A stretch of DNA of 64,000 bases. Origin: an uncultured Ignavibacteriales bacterium (GTDB taxonomy: Bacteria > Zixibacteria > MSB-5A5 > GN15 > FEB-12). The notes under the pieces were generated by a model. That model was not told the origin of the DNA. It worked only from the letters and a program-made list of their open reading frames with translations, and searched no databases. Positions within the stretch are counted from its first letter, which is position 1, and every line of letters starts with the position of its first letter. The stretch covers positions 4,315-68,314 of the forward strand of contig CAYNEO010000014.1 of the NCBI GenBank assembly GCA_964396245.1. The letters are read 5' to 3'. A program made the position numbers and the translations under genes. Below, piece by piece: positions 25,872-34,400 of this stretch.

Positions 25872-26455
25872 GTACGTGGTCCTTTCTGTCGTCCGCAGCC
25901 AGTATAGTGGAGTGACCACACCATTATATTGTGGTGGCGTAAGAATATCAAGCAATTGCACGAAGATTTTGCGCCGGTCAGAGGATTGAACAAATTCCGG
26001 CGGCGGGGCTGTCGGGCCGACAGCCCCTACTGGAATGGACTCATCGAGTGTGTGAATTCTTCTCTCGATTCGTGCTGGGGCCGCACCCAATCGGTGAAGC
26101 CTCAAAACCGCCGGACATTCATTCCATGTTCGGGTCCGCTGAAACATGGACGAAAGTCTTTTGCTCCCGGGCGCTCAAATGATTCTTAAAAGTGTTTCCC
26201 GCCCGTGGCTCTCTCTAAACATAAGACGAGGCTCCCCATACGGTTGTTTAACGATCACGCCCGGTGACTTCCGGCCTGCGAGCATATCGCTCATCGCAAG
26301 TGCTTATAAAACATGCCGTTAAACGAATTCTACCCGGCCATTTGACGACCGCCGGCCATCGCCCGTCTCTTTAATACAGTCCTCACCATGAATACTGCCG
26401 TGCCAACGGAGTATATTCATCGAGGAGACTTCCAACAGCGGGTGCAATAGAAACA

Positions 26456-26764
26456 ATGTGGTTCTGGGAAACAATCGAACGGCGGCTGAACTCCGGCGTC
26501 TCGCTCGAACGGGCCGGCGAAATCATCCGTCGAGCCGGTTTTGAACGACGCGGTGAGAGCTCAACGTATGCTATCTATCGAAAAACCGGAAACAGATGGA
26601 CCCTCTCAGGCAAAGATGCGTCGCTCGAACTCGGCGTGGCTCGCTCGAACGACGGCCTGTACCTCTTGCTCCGCTATGCCTCGCCGTTAGTCATCCGCGA
26701 TAGCGGTGAGCTGGTCCGCTTCGCCGATGAACTCGCCGCGCAACTTCGCTCCACCGGCGAGTGA
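26456..26764 (+). CDS. hypothetical protein (102 aa)
   Basis: GC3-biased ORF with ordinary amino-acid composition. No RBS and no recognisable family. Confidence 0.5.
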   Translation: MWFWETIERRLNSGVSLERAGEIIRRAGFERRGESSTYAIYRKTGNRWTLSGKDASLELGVARSNDGLYLLLRYASPLVIRDSGELVRFADELAAQLRSTGE

Positions 26765-26788
26765 CGCGCCCCCATACCAATACGAACG

Positions 26789-27589
26789 TCACTTCGACGG
26801 AAACCCGACCGGCATCATCAGCAGCGTTGCCTCGCCGAGACCGTCGATATCCAGAAAATCATTCGCCGACTCGTCATTGAACGCACCGACCGCCACCGTC
26901 CCCATGCCCATCGATGTCGCCGCCAGGTACACGTTCTGACAGATGGCCCCGGTCTCGATATACGTGTACCGGTAACCGCGGTCGCCGTACTTGTGCGTCG
27001 AGCGGTCGAACCGCGCCGTCATCATCAGCGTCACCGGAGAAGCGCCGACCGACGCCTGGTCGTTGGCGGCCGTCCGGGCTCTCTCGCCGAAATCCCCGAG
27101 CTTGACCTGCTCGAGACTGCTGTCGGATACCTGGAAATGATAGAGACCGTTGGGCAGACCATCCACGCGCGTGACGACAACATAAATCTCCATCGGGTAG
27201 AGCGCGCCTCCCGACGGCGCCGCGCGCATGCCCCAGTCGCCCCGCTCGTGAGTGATACCGCCCGCCGACAGCAACAACCGCGATAGCTGCGCGAGTGACA
27301 TCGCTTGATCCGAGAACGAACGGACCGACGTCCGCCTGTTGATTGCTTCATCGAGCGGCATGCTCGCCTTCGCCGGAGACGGCAGTTGTATCCTGGGCGC
27401 GCCCTCGTACGTTTTGTACTGCGCAATAAGGTCGCCGAAACGAACATGCTCCCCGACATACCCGTTGTCATCGAAACTCGTTTCCCGGTGAAAACGCTGC
27501 CCGATTGAAAGCGAATCATCCGCCGCCGCGGAAATCGGAAGCACGAGTAGAAGACACGGAAGTACCAGGGACAAAATCCTGTGACGCAT
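26789..27589 (-). CDS. SagB/ThcOx-type nitroreductase-family dehydrogenase with signal peptide
   Basis: 266 aa. RBS GGAGG; signal peptide LVLPCLLLVLPISAAA. RRTSVRSF, APSGGALYPMEIYVV, YRYTYIETGAICQNVYLAA and MGTVAVGAF are characteristic of the SagB-type nitroreductase fold. Confidence 0.88.
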   Translation of the reverse strand: MRHRILSLVLPCLLLVLPISAAADDSLSIGQRFHRETSFDDNGYVGEHVRFGDLIAQYKTYEGAPRIQLPSPAKASMPLDEAINRRTSVRSFSDQAMSLAQLSRLLLSAGGITHERGDWGMRAAPSGGALYPMEIYVVVTRVDGLPNGLYHFQVSDSSLEQVKLGDFGERARTAANDQASVGASPVTLMMTARFDRSTHKYGDRGYRYTYIETGAICQNVYLAATSMGMGTVAVGAFNDESANDFLDIDGLGEATLLMMPVGFPSK

Positions 27590-27828
27590 AATCAGCCTCC
27601 CAGAATGAATCCTGTTTGCCTGCCTCTAATTAGTGCAAGTTAACTCATAAGGTCAAGAGCCGTCGGCCTCACCGGCGATAAATCAGACTGTTCAGAATTT
27701 CCTGCAACACCGCATATGTTTCTGTTGTTAAGACAGATACACAAAACGAACCGACCGGAGCGAGTCTCGTTCGCCTTCACCAGTGCCCCGCTTTCCGATC
27801 AAATTCCGGTTACCAGAGTCGATGTGAT

Positions 27829-28953
27829 ATGCTGCAGGATTTAAGTAATTTTCTCCACGGGAGCGCCGGCAAAAGTCAGGCCGTGCTGTATTCCATTCTT
27901 TTCGCGGTGGTGGCAATCCTTGTCGGCCTGTTTATCCACTGGATCGTCTCTCTGATTCTCCGCCGGTGGCATCATCACCGCCAGTCCAGAGGCGGTCGGG
28001 TGCGCCTCGAACTGAGTCATCTCAAGGCTCCGCTCCGCCTGCTTTTCCCGGCCGGCATTCTGGCCGCGGTCATACCGTTTCTTCAGTTCCCGCCGGGCGC
28101 CCAGAAAGTAATCGAGCGCATCATTATCCTGCTCGTCATCGCCGGCTTCGGCTGGCTCACCATACGCATTGTCTACATCATCCGCGACATGATCCTCCAC
28201 CACTACGACATCGACCAGAAAGACAACCTCCGGGCGCGCGAACTCTACACGCAGGTCCGCGTGATCGACCGGGTCGTGGCCGTGATGATCATCCTCACCA
28301 CCATCGCCGTCATGCTCATGACCTTTCCCGCCGTCCGCAAACTCGGCATCAGCCTGCTGGCATCGGCCGGCGTGGTCGGGATCATTCTCGGTCTGGCCGC
28401 GCAGAAAACACTCGGCAATCTTCTCTCCGGCATCCAGATTGCCCTCGCCCAGCCGATACGTATCGATGATGTCGTCATTGTCGAAAACGAGTGGGGGAGA
28501 ATCGAGGAAATAACGCTGACCTATGTCGTCATCCGTATCTGGGACCTCAGGCGGCTCATTGTCCCGATCAGCTATTTCGTCGAGCAACCGTTCCAGAACT
28601 GGACGAGAGTTTCGGCCGATCTGCTCAAGACGGTATACGTCTACGCCGATTATCGCCTGCCCGTCTCGGAGGTGCGCGATGAACTCAAGCGCCTTCTCGA
28701 TGCCAGCGAGTACTGGGACAAGAAAGTGTGGAATCTGCAGGTGACCAACTCGACCGACCGGACGATGGAACTGCGGGCGCTGATGAGCGCGGCGGATTCG
28801 TCGGCCGGATGGAATCTCCAGTGCGAAATCCGCGAGAAACTGATCGACTTCTTACAACAACGCTTCCCCGGCTACTTACCCCGCGTCCGATTGGAAATGG
28901 ATACCAGGCCCGATCAATCGGATGAAGATAAAGCGGCGACGCAAGAGTCGTAA
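27829..28953 (+). CDS. mechanosensitive ion channel (MscS family)
   Basis: 374 aa. Multiple TM helices, then LGNLLSGIQIALAQPIRIDDVVIVENEWGRIEEITLTYVVIR (MscS pore/beta domain). Confidence 0.9.
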   Translation: MLQDLSNFLHGSAGKSQAVLYSILFAVVAILVGLFIHWIVSLILRRWHHHRQSRGGRVRLELSHLKAPLRLLFPAGILAAVIPFLQFPPGAQKVIERIIILLVIAGFGWLTIRIVYIIRDMILHHYDIDQKDNLRARELYTQVRVIDRVVAVMIILTTIAVMLMTFPAVRKLGISLLASAGVVGIILGLAAQKTLGNLLSGIQIALAQPIRIDDVVIVENEWGRIEEITLTYVVIRIWDLRRLIVPISYFVEQPFQNWTRVSADLLKTVYVYADYRLPVSEVRDELKRLLDASEYWDKKVWNLQVTNSTDRTMELRALMSAADSSAGWNLQCEIREKLIDFLQQRFPGYLPRVRLEMDTRPDQSDEDKAATQES

Positions 28954-29012
28954 TAAATCAATCATTTGGTGTGTCGGGTCATCGATAGGGGGCGCAAAGC
29001 CCAAAAGAAAAA

Positions 29013-29086
29013 TACGCCCAGGAGGAGTCGAACCCCCAACCTTCTGGTCCGTAGCCAGACGCTCTGTCCAATTGAGCTATGGGCGC
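29013..29086 (-). tRNA. tRNA-Arg (anticodon ACG)
   Basis: The 74-nt reverse-strand sequence GCGCCCATAGCTCAATTGGACAGAGCGTCTGGCTACGGACCAGAAGGTTGGGGGTTCGACTCCTCCTGGGCGTA folds as a cloverleaf. Anticodon loop CTACGGA; T-loop GTTCGACT. CCA is not encoded. Confidence 0.92.
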
Positions 29087-29109
29087 ATCACATAAAAAGT
29101 GCAGACGTA

Positions 29110-29137
29110 AGTATACACCTTGAATAATCCTTGTCAA
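29110..29137 (-). promoter_or_regulatory. candidate promoter of tRNA-Arg
   Basis: Reverse strand reads TTGACA, 16-nt spacer, TATACT, ending about 24 nt upstream of the tRNA 5' end. Confidence 0.5.
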
Positions 29138-29157
29138 CTGACTTTTTGGAGGGCTGT

Positions 29158-30162
29158 TTAACGGAATTGGGTGAAGTAAATAATAAGGGCGGCGAGAATC
29201 ACAAAGACGAAAAAGATGCCGAATAAATATGATTTGTGAGAGCCGGAGCCGGTAACATCCGGACTCCCGCTCTCCTCCTTTTCCGCGCCGGCCAGGCGCA
29301 GTTTCTCCACCCAGGTATCCTCAACCGCAAGGACTTGGGCCGATTCGGCCGGCAGGGTGGCGACCTTAATGTCAGGCAGGGGAGACTCTTTGACCTCCAG
29401 AATTTCCAGAGCAATCACCGTCACGTTGTCAGCCCCGCCGCGATCATTGGCCATCTGTACCAGATCCTCGGTCATCTTTTCGATATTATCACGCGAACGC
29501 CGCGCGACCTCATAGATCTCATCATCGTCGGCAAAACCGCATAAACCGTCCGAGCAAAGCAGGAATACATCTCCCGGGTTGACCTTGATAATCCGGTAGT
29601 CAACCTCGACATTTTCACGCACTCCCAGGGCCCGGGTGATAACATTCTTGCCCACGAACGAGCTTGCCTCTTCCCGCGAAATACCCTGCGCTTCCTGGAA
29701 TTCCTCGATCCACGAATGATCCCTCGTGAGCGGCACGAGCATCGTCTTGTCGAGCCGGTAGGCCCGGCTGTCGCCGACATGCGCGATCGTGGCGATATCC
29801 GCCTCGAACACGGTGGCAACCACGGTCGTTCCCATGCCGCTCTTGGCCGAGTCCGACGCGGCCATCGTGTAAATCGCACGGTTGGCCAGCCGTATCGCTT
29901 TCAACAACACCTCGCTGCTCGGCGGCAGAATCCGTCCGATATCCAGTTCGGGCGCTTCGATCAATTCTTTCTGGAAGACATTGAATGAATTGCGAAGTGT
30001 CTCGCCGGCCAGCATCGATGCTACCTCACCGGCCTGGTGACCTCCCATCCCATCACAAACGGCGTAAACGTGGTTGTCCGGGTCGAGATGCAAATAGTCT
30101 TCGTTGCCCGGTCTGACAAGACCTTTGTCCGTCTTACCGGCGACCTTTATTCTGAGCGGCAC
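29158..30162 (-). CDS. PP2C-family Ser/Thr protein phosphatase with C-terminal membrane anchor
   Basis: Motifs GKTDKGLVRPGNEDY, AVCDGMGGH, LLCSDGL, GGADNVTVI. C-terminal TM helix LFGIFFVFVILAALIIYF. The track ORF extends to 30231. However, a strong promoter occupies 30203-30231, and GTG 30162 has a GGAAGGG RBS and gives a canonical N-terminus (VPLRIKVAGKTDKG). Confidence 0.88.
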   Translation of the reverse strand: MPLRIKVAGKTDKGLVRPGNEDYLHLDPDNHVYAVCDGMGGHQAGEVASMLAGETLRNSFNVFQKELIEAPELDIGRILPPSSEVLLKAIRLANRAIYTMAASDSAKSGMGTTVVATVFEADIATIAHVGDSRAYRLDKTMLVPLTRDHSWIEEFQEAQGISREEASSFVGKNVITRALGVRENVEVDYRIIKVNPGDVFLLCSDGLCGFADDDEIYEVARRSRDNIEKMTEDLVQMANDRGGADNVTVIALEILEVKESPLPDIKVATLPAESAQVLAVEDTWVEKLRLAGAEKEESGSPDVTGSGSHKSYLFGIFFVFVILAALIIYFTQFR

Positions 30163-30202
30163 AAGCCCTTCCTGGTTGGAGTTAAACGCCCAAGGTATAA
30201 CG

Positions 30203-30231
30203 ATTATATCCGATGTACCCCTGTTTCGCAA
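30203..30231 (-). promoter_or_regulatory. sigma-70-type promoter of the PP2C gene
   Basis: Reverse strand reads TTGCGA, 17-nt spacer, TATAAT (perfect -10), about 40 nt upstream of GTG 30162. Confidence 0.55.
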
Positions 30232-30324
30232 GTTTATAATTCAAATTATCGGAAGCCTTTGCCCCCGATTTGAATTCGAATTCGTAAACGCCGAAGAAAA
30301 ACGCACGTTCTCTGAAAACGCAGT

Positions 30325-30350
30325 AAAAAAAACCCCGGCCGTCGCCGGGG
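30325..30350 (-). terminator. Rho-independent terminator after the T9SS-cargo gene pair
   Basis: Reverse strand reads CCCCGGC-gacg-GCCGGGG followed by eight T, 36 nt downstream of the stop at 30386. Confidence 0.8.
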
Positions 30351-30385
30351 CTTGTAAGGTGGGGCAAATCTGAACTGGTAATTCG

Positions 30386-31402
30386 TTACTTCAGTAAGAC
30401 CATCTTTCGTGTCTGGTAACCCATGTCGGTAACAACCCGGTAGAAGTACACGCCGCTGGCAAGACCGGAAGCGTCATAGGTTACCTCATGATCACCGGCT
30501 CCGAGGTTTCCGAGATCCCGGCTGTCAACATATCGACCGAGAACATCGATCACCTGAAGCTCAACGCGCGAGCGCGACGGCAACGAGAATTGTATGGTCG
30601 TGGTCGGGTTGAACGGGTTCGGGAAATTCTGGTACACCGCGAATCCGCCCGGAAGAATAGTGCCGTCCTCGTCATCGACATCGGTGATCGTGAAGAACAG
30701 GTCGACATTACCGTCGATTTTCACGGTCGGATCCAGCATCGAATAGACGCTGAACGACGCGTTATCGACCGTGTCGGCGCTGAACGTCGGCGAACTGATT
30801 TCAAAGTACACGTAGATCGTTTCGCCCGGCTCGGCATAGAACATCGTATCCTGAGGCAGGGTATTGAATCCCGCGAGGCTGTTCGTGGCCGAAACACCGT
30901 AGAAATCGAGCCCGTCACCGTCGTTGCGGATACCGACCTCGAAACGCACCGTGTCGTTAAATGTCACCGCTTTCGCCGTCGGCAGCTCGATCGCCGTCAG
31001 GGCGATAGTCGCGGTCGCCGAGAGACGGACATCCTTCTGTGCCTGGTCGGTGAATGTCGGATCGCCCGACACGACCGTCGCCGGTCGGCCGTTAATCTCG
31101 AAACGGATCGTATCGCCATCCTCGGCGCCTTCGTCGGGAACGGTCCCGCTCTCGTCACCATAAACAGGCATGAACCCGTAGTAGCCGGCCGTATGGACGG
31201 TATCGATTCCGCACAATACGTTGTCGGGGTCGTAGGCGGTAATAATCGAACCGGGGACAAGCGGCTGGCCAAGATAGGTCGAGGCGCTGTCGTAGAACGA
31301 CGTGAAATACGGCGTCGGGCTGATCTGCGCCGTGGCGGCGCCAATGCATACCAGCGTGAGGATTCCGGTTATCAGTAGTTTTGTTAATACCAGTTTATTC
31401 AC
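30386..31402 (-). CDS. secreted protein with T9SS C-terminal sorting domain
   Basis: 338 aa. GTG start with GGAG RBS; signal peptide. C-terminus NFPNPFNPTTTIQFSLP...GVYFYRVVTDMGYQTRKMVLLK is a T9SS type-A CTD. The N-terminal module (aa 42-115) is shared with the neighbouring giant protein. Confidence 0.9.
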   Translation of the reverse strand: MNKLVLTKLLITGILTLVCIGAATAQISPTPYFTSFYDSASTYLGQPLVPGSIITAYDPDNVLCGIDTVHTAGYYGFMPVYGDESGTVPDEGAEDGDTIRFEINGRPATVVSGDPTFTDQAQKDVRLSATATIALTAIELPTAKAVTFNDTVRFEVGIRNDGDGLDFYGVSATNSLAGFNTLPQDTMFYAEPGETIYVYFEISSPTFSADTVDNASFSVYSMLDPTVKIDGNVDLFFTITDVDDEDGTILPGGFAVYQNFPNPFNPTTTIQFSLPSRSRVELQVIDVLGRYVDSRDLGNLGAGDHEVTYDASGLASGVYFYRVVTDMGYQTRKMVLLK

Positions 31403-31422
31403 AACTTCTCCACCATTTCTCT

Positions 31423-31446
31423 CCGGCCGGGTGTTGACCCGGCCGG
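31423..31446 (-). terminator. perfect 10-bp GC hairpin between the two T9SS-cargo genes (attenuator or processing site?)
   Basis: CCGGCCGGGT-(4 nt)-ACCCGGCCGG, between stop 31469 and GTG 31402. No U-tract. Confidence 0.45.
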
Positions 31447-31468
31447 ACTTATATATGACAGCAAGAGA

Positions 31469-34400
31469 TTACTTCAACAGCATCATCTTCCTGGTTTCAG
31501 TATACTTATCGGTTGACAGGCGGTAGAAGTAAACCCCCGAAGCAACCTGGTCACCGTTCATATCGCGGCCGTTCCAGGTCACGACATTCTCACCGGCGGT
31601 AGCCATACCGTCGAACGGTACCGCAACGACCTTACCGAGGACGTTGTACACCGTGATCGTGGCCTTGGCCGTTACCGGCATGGTGAAATTGATATTGGTC
31701 GTCGGGTTGAACGGGTTCGGGTAGTTCTGAGCCAGCGAGTACGTCGTCGGGAGCGTGTTGTCCGACGCTGTCTTGGAGGTCAGGGCGCCTACCTCGATCC
31801 TGTCGCCATTGGTGGTCCAGGTGAACCGTTCAGTGGTTTCCGCGCCGTTGACGGTCAGGTAGAACGGATCGCCTCTCTTGAGACCGGTGACACCGCTGTT
31901 ATTGGCGTCGTCGGCATACACCGGCATGAACCCGAACTTGCCGGACTCCATGACGGTAAATCCGCCGATCTTCTTGCCTTCAGTGCTGTACGCGGCGATA
32001 TCCGCGCCGGGCATGACCGCCTTGCCGTCAAGCGTCAGATCGGCTGAGTAGACGTTCACCCAGCTTGTGGTCGGCGTCACGTCAGGGCGCACCAGTTTCG
32101 CGGCGGCTTCAGCCTGACGATCAACACCATGAGAGGCAACCACCGGACCCTGACCCGGGTAGATCAAGTCGCCGTCGGCGCTGACCTTGACCCAGTAACC
32201 GAAGCACGGGCCCATCTGCTCGAGCTTGTTAAACTCGGTCTGTCCCGGAACAAATATCTGGATACCGGCGTCGAACCCGTAAGCAATCATCACGTCGCCC
32301 AGGATAGATTCGAGGGCGGCATCGGGAGCCAGCGTATAGTCGGGCAGGTAACTGACCAGGTTCCATCCGGTCGTGACCGGAATCGGAGTGTTGGACAGCA
32401 CCGGCAGTCCGCTCAACTCGAGCGTAATCCCGTCTGTGCAACTGGTGTCAACCTTGATCCAGTAGCCACTCATATGATCGACATACCAGAGGGTCGAGAA
32501 CTGCTGGAGATCGGGATCGTAGGTGAGACCGCCGCGTTCGAAACCGAGAATAACATCGATGCAATCCATGTACGGGCCGAGAACATCGAGAATGTTATCC
32601 GTCTCGGTGTTCACCGACCAGCTCACGAGGTTCCAGCCGGGGGCGAGGTCGCAGGTCTTGGTGATGGTGGCACCGGCTGAGAGGCAAACCTGCTTCTGAG
32701 CATATGCAGGCGGATAAATGACGTCGCCATCGGCCATTGCTTCTTCGCCGTTGACGTAGAAGCTGATGATATCGTCGGTCGTGGCGCCTTCATCGATAGC
32801 CGAACCCGCCGAGTCACGGTATACCGGCATGAAACGGTACTTGCCGGGCTCGTCGACCATCTGCTGGCCGCAGAGCACACCGTCCGGATCGTATGCTTCG
32901 ACAATCGATCCGACCGGAAGCGGTACGCCGAGCAGGGTGTTGGTTTCGCAATAGTAATCAACCCATTGGTCGGTCGGGGTCAGTTCGGCGAGCGGATGCA
33001 GCACAATCTGCACGCCCTTGTCCCCGAAATTCAGATTGGTAACGGTGCCGGGATAGTAACCGGCCTTGTAGGCATAGAGATCGAACGGGATCGTGGTGAA
33101 ATCCGCAAAAGCGAAGTTGCCGGCCCATCCGGAGCTCGTCTGTTGAATAGCCTCGCCGTACGGGAAGTCGGCATAGAGTTCCACCATGGCGCCTTCGACA
33201 CTCTTGAATCCGCCGAGTCCGTCGGGTTCAACAACCCAGCCGCAGACATAATTGGCGCTCGTGTCGACCACAATAGCGCCGGCGACAAACTCAGGCGTCT
33301 TCACTTCGATGCCACCGCCGCAGTCGCGGTCAAAGAAGACCGGGTCGACTGCGAGGGGAGCTCCCAGACCAAAACTAACCGTTCCCGGACCAATATCACA
33401 CGAAACGGTGAAATGCAGATTGGCCCAGTTGTAACCGGAACCGGGGAGGAGCGGCGTGGCGGAAGTACCAACCTGTTCGCTCAGCATGACATAGGATTCG
33501 TCATTGTTAATATCCACAATGTGATCGAAATCAGCGATATCGGAACCGGCATACGATACCGAATCGAGATGTACCATTCCGGAAGTCCAGTTAAGCTGGA
33601 GCCCGGCGCCGTGCAATTCGCAGCTGCTGGCGAAAGTCACCGGTACGGTAACCTGCATGCCCGGTACAGCCGGCTCGGTGGCCACAATGACCGTATCGGA
33701 GCTCGGCGCCGGGAAGACCTGCAGATGAACGGTAAACTGCGTGAATTTCGGATCACACACGATATCGTCGGTCGACGTGACTATCACAATAGCCTCATAC
33801 GTGCCCGCGGCGACACCGTTCGGGTCGACATACAGCGGTACCGTTGCCGGGGTCGCTCCCTCGAACGGGCCGGTTTCTCCGAAACTCAGCCAGGCGGCGT
33901 CGATCGGTTTCGTGGCCGTAAAGGCAAAATTCTCGTTACTGTCGGAGCTGTACACCATGACGGAATCGAAAAGCGGCGCGAGATACTCGGCGCCCTCGAT
34001 GGCCGTGAAATTCACCAGCGTATCCGACACCAGCACATTGACGCACGGCTTTTCGTTAACAACGATGTTAAGACAATACGTCGCCGACGAGAAACAGGTG
34101 TTCTCTGCGTTTTCGGCGCTGGAGAAAGTGATACAGGCCTGATATTCACCCGGCGTATCATACTGCACGTCGTAGCCCACAATCACGGTCGCCGGGGTGA
34201 CATCGCCGCTGAACGAGACGGCGAAATTGGTATCGGCATCCATCACGAAAGTGATTTCGCCGGGGCCGGAACTCGTGACCTCCAGTGTATCGGTGAAATT
34301 CGTGGTCTCACCGGCCGTAATCTCGACGGTGGCCGCAGTATCCGAAAGGACAAGCGACGGACACGGCAATATGACCAGTTTCACGTAGGCATATTGCGGC

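Noticed and set aside
25872-26147. N-terminal extension of the CGGC-domain ORF, and similar extensions at 14967-15125, 30163-30231, 57317-57409, 58770-58814 and 61454-61519
   Set aside because: The extensions are R/P-rich and not family-like. Internal starts have RBS or promoter support and give canonical N-termini.
28954-30385. tRNA-Arg flank as a possible integration site for a genomic island carrying the adjacent T9SS cargo genes
   Set aside because: I saw no integrase, no direct repeat of the tRNA 3' end, and no compositional break. The tRNA has its own promoter and ordinary neighbours.
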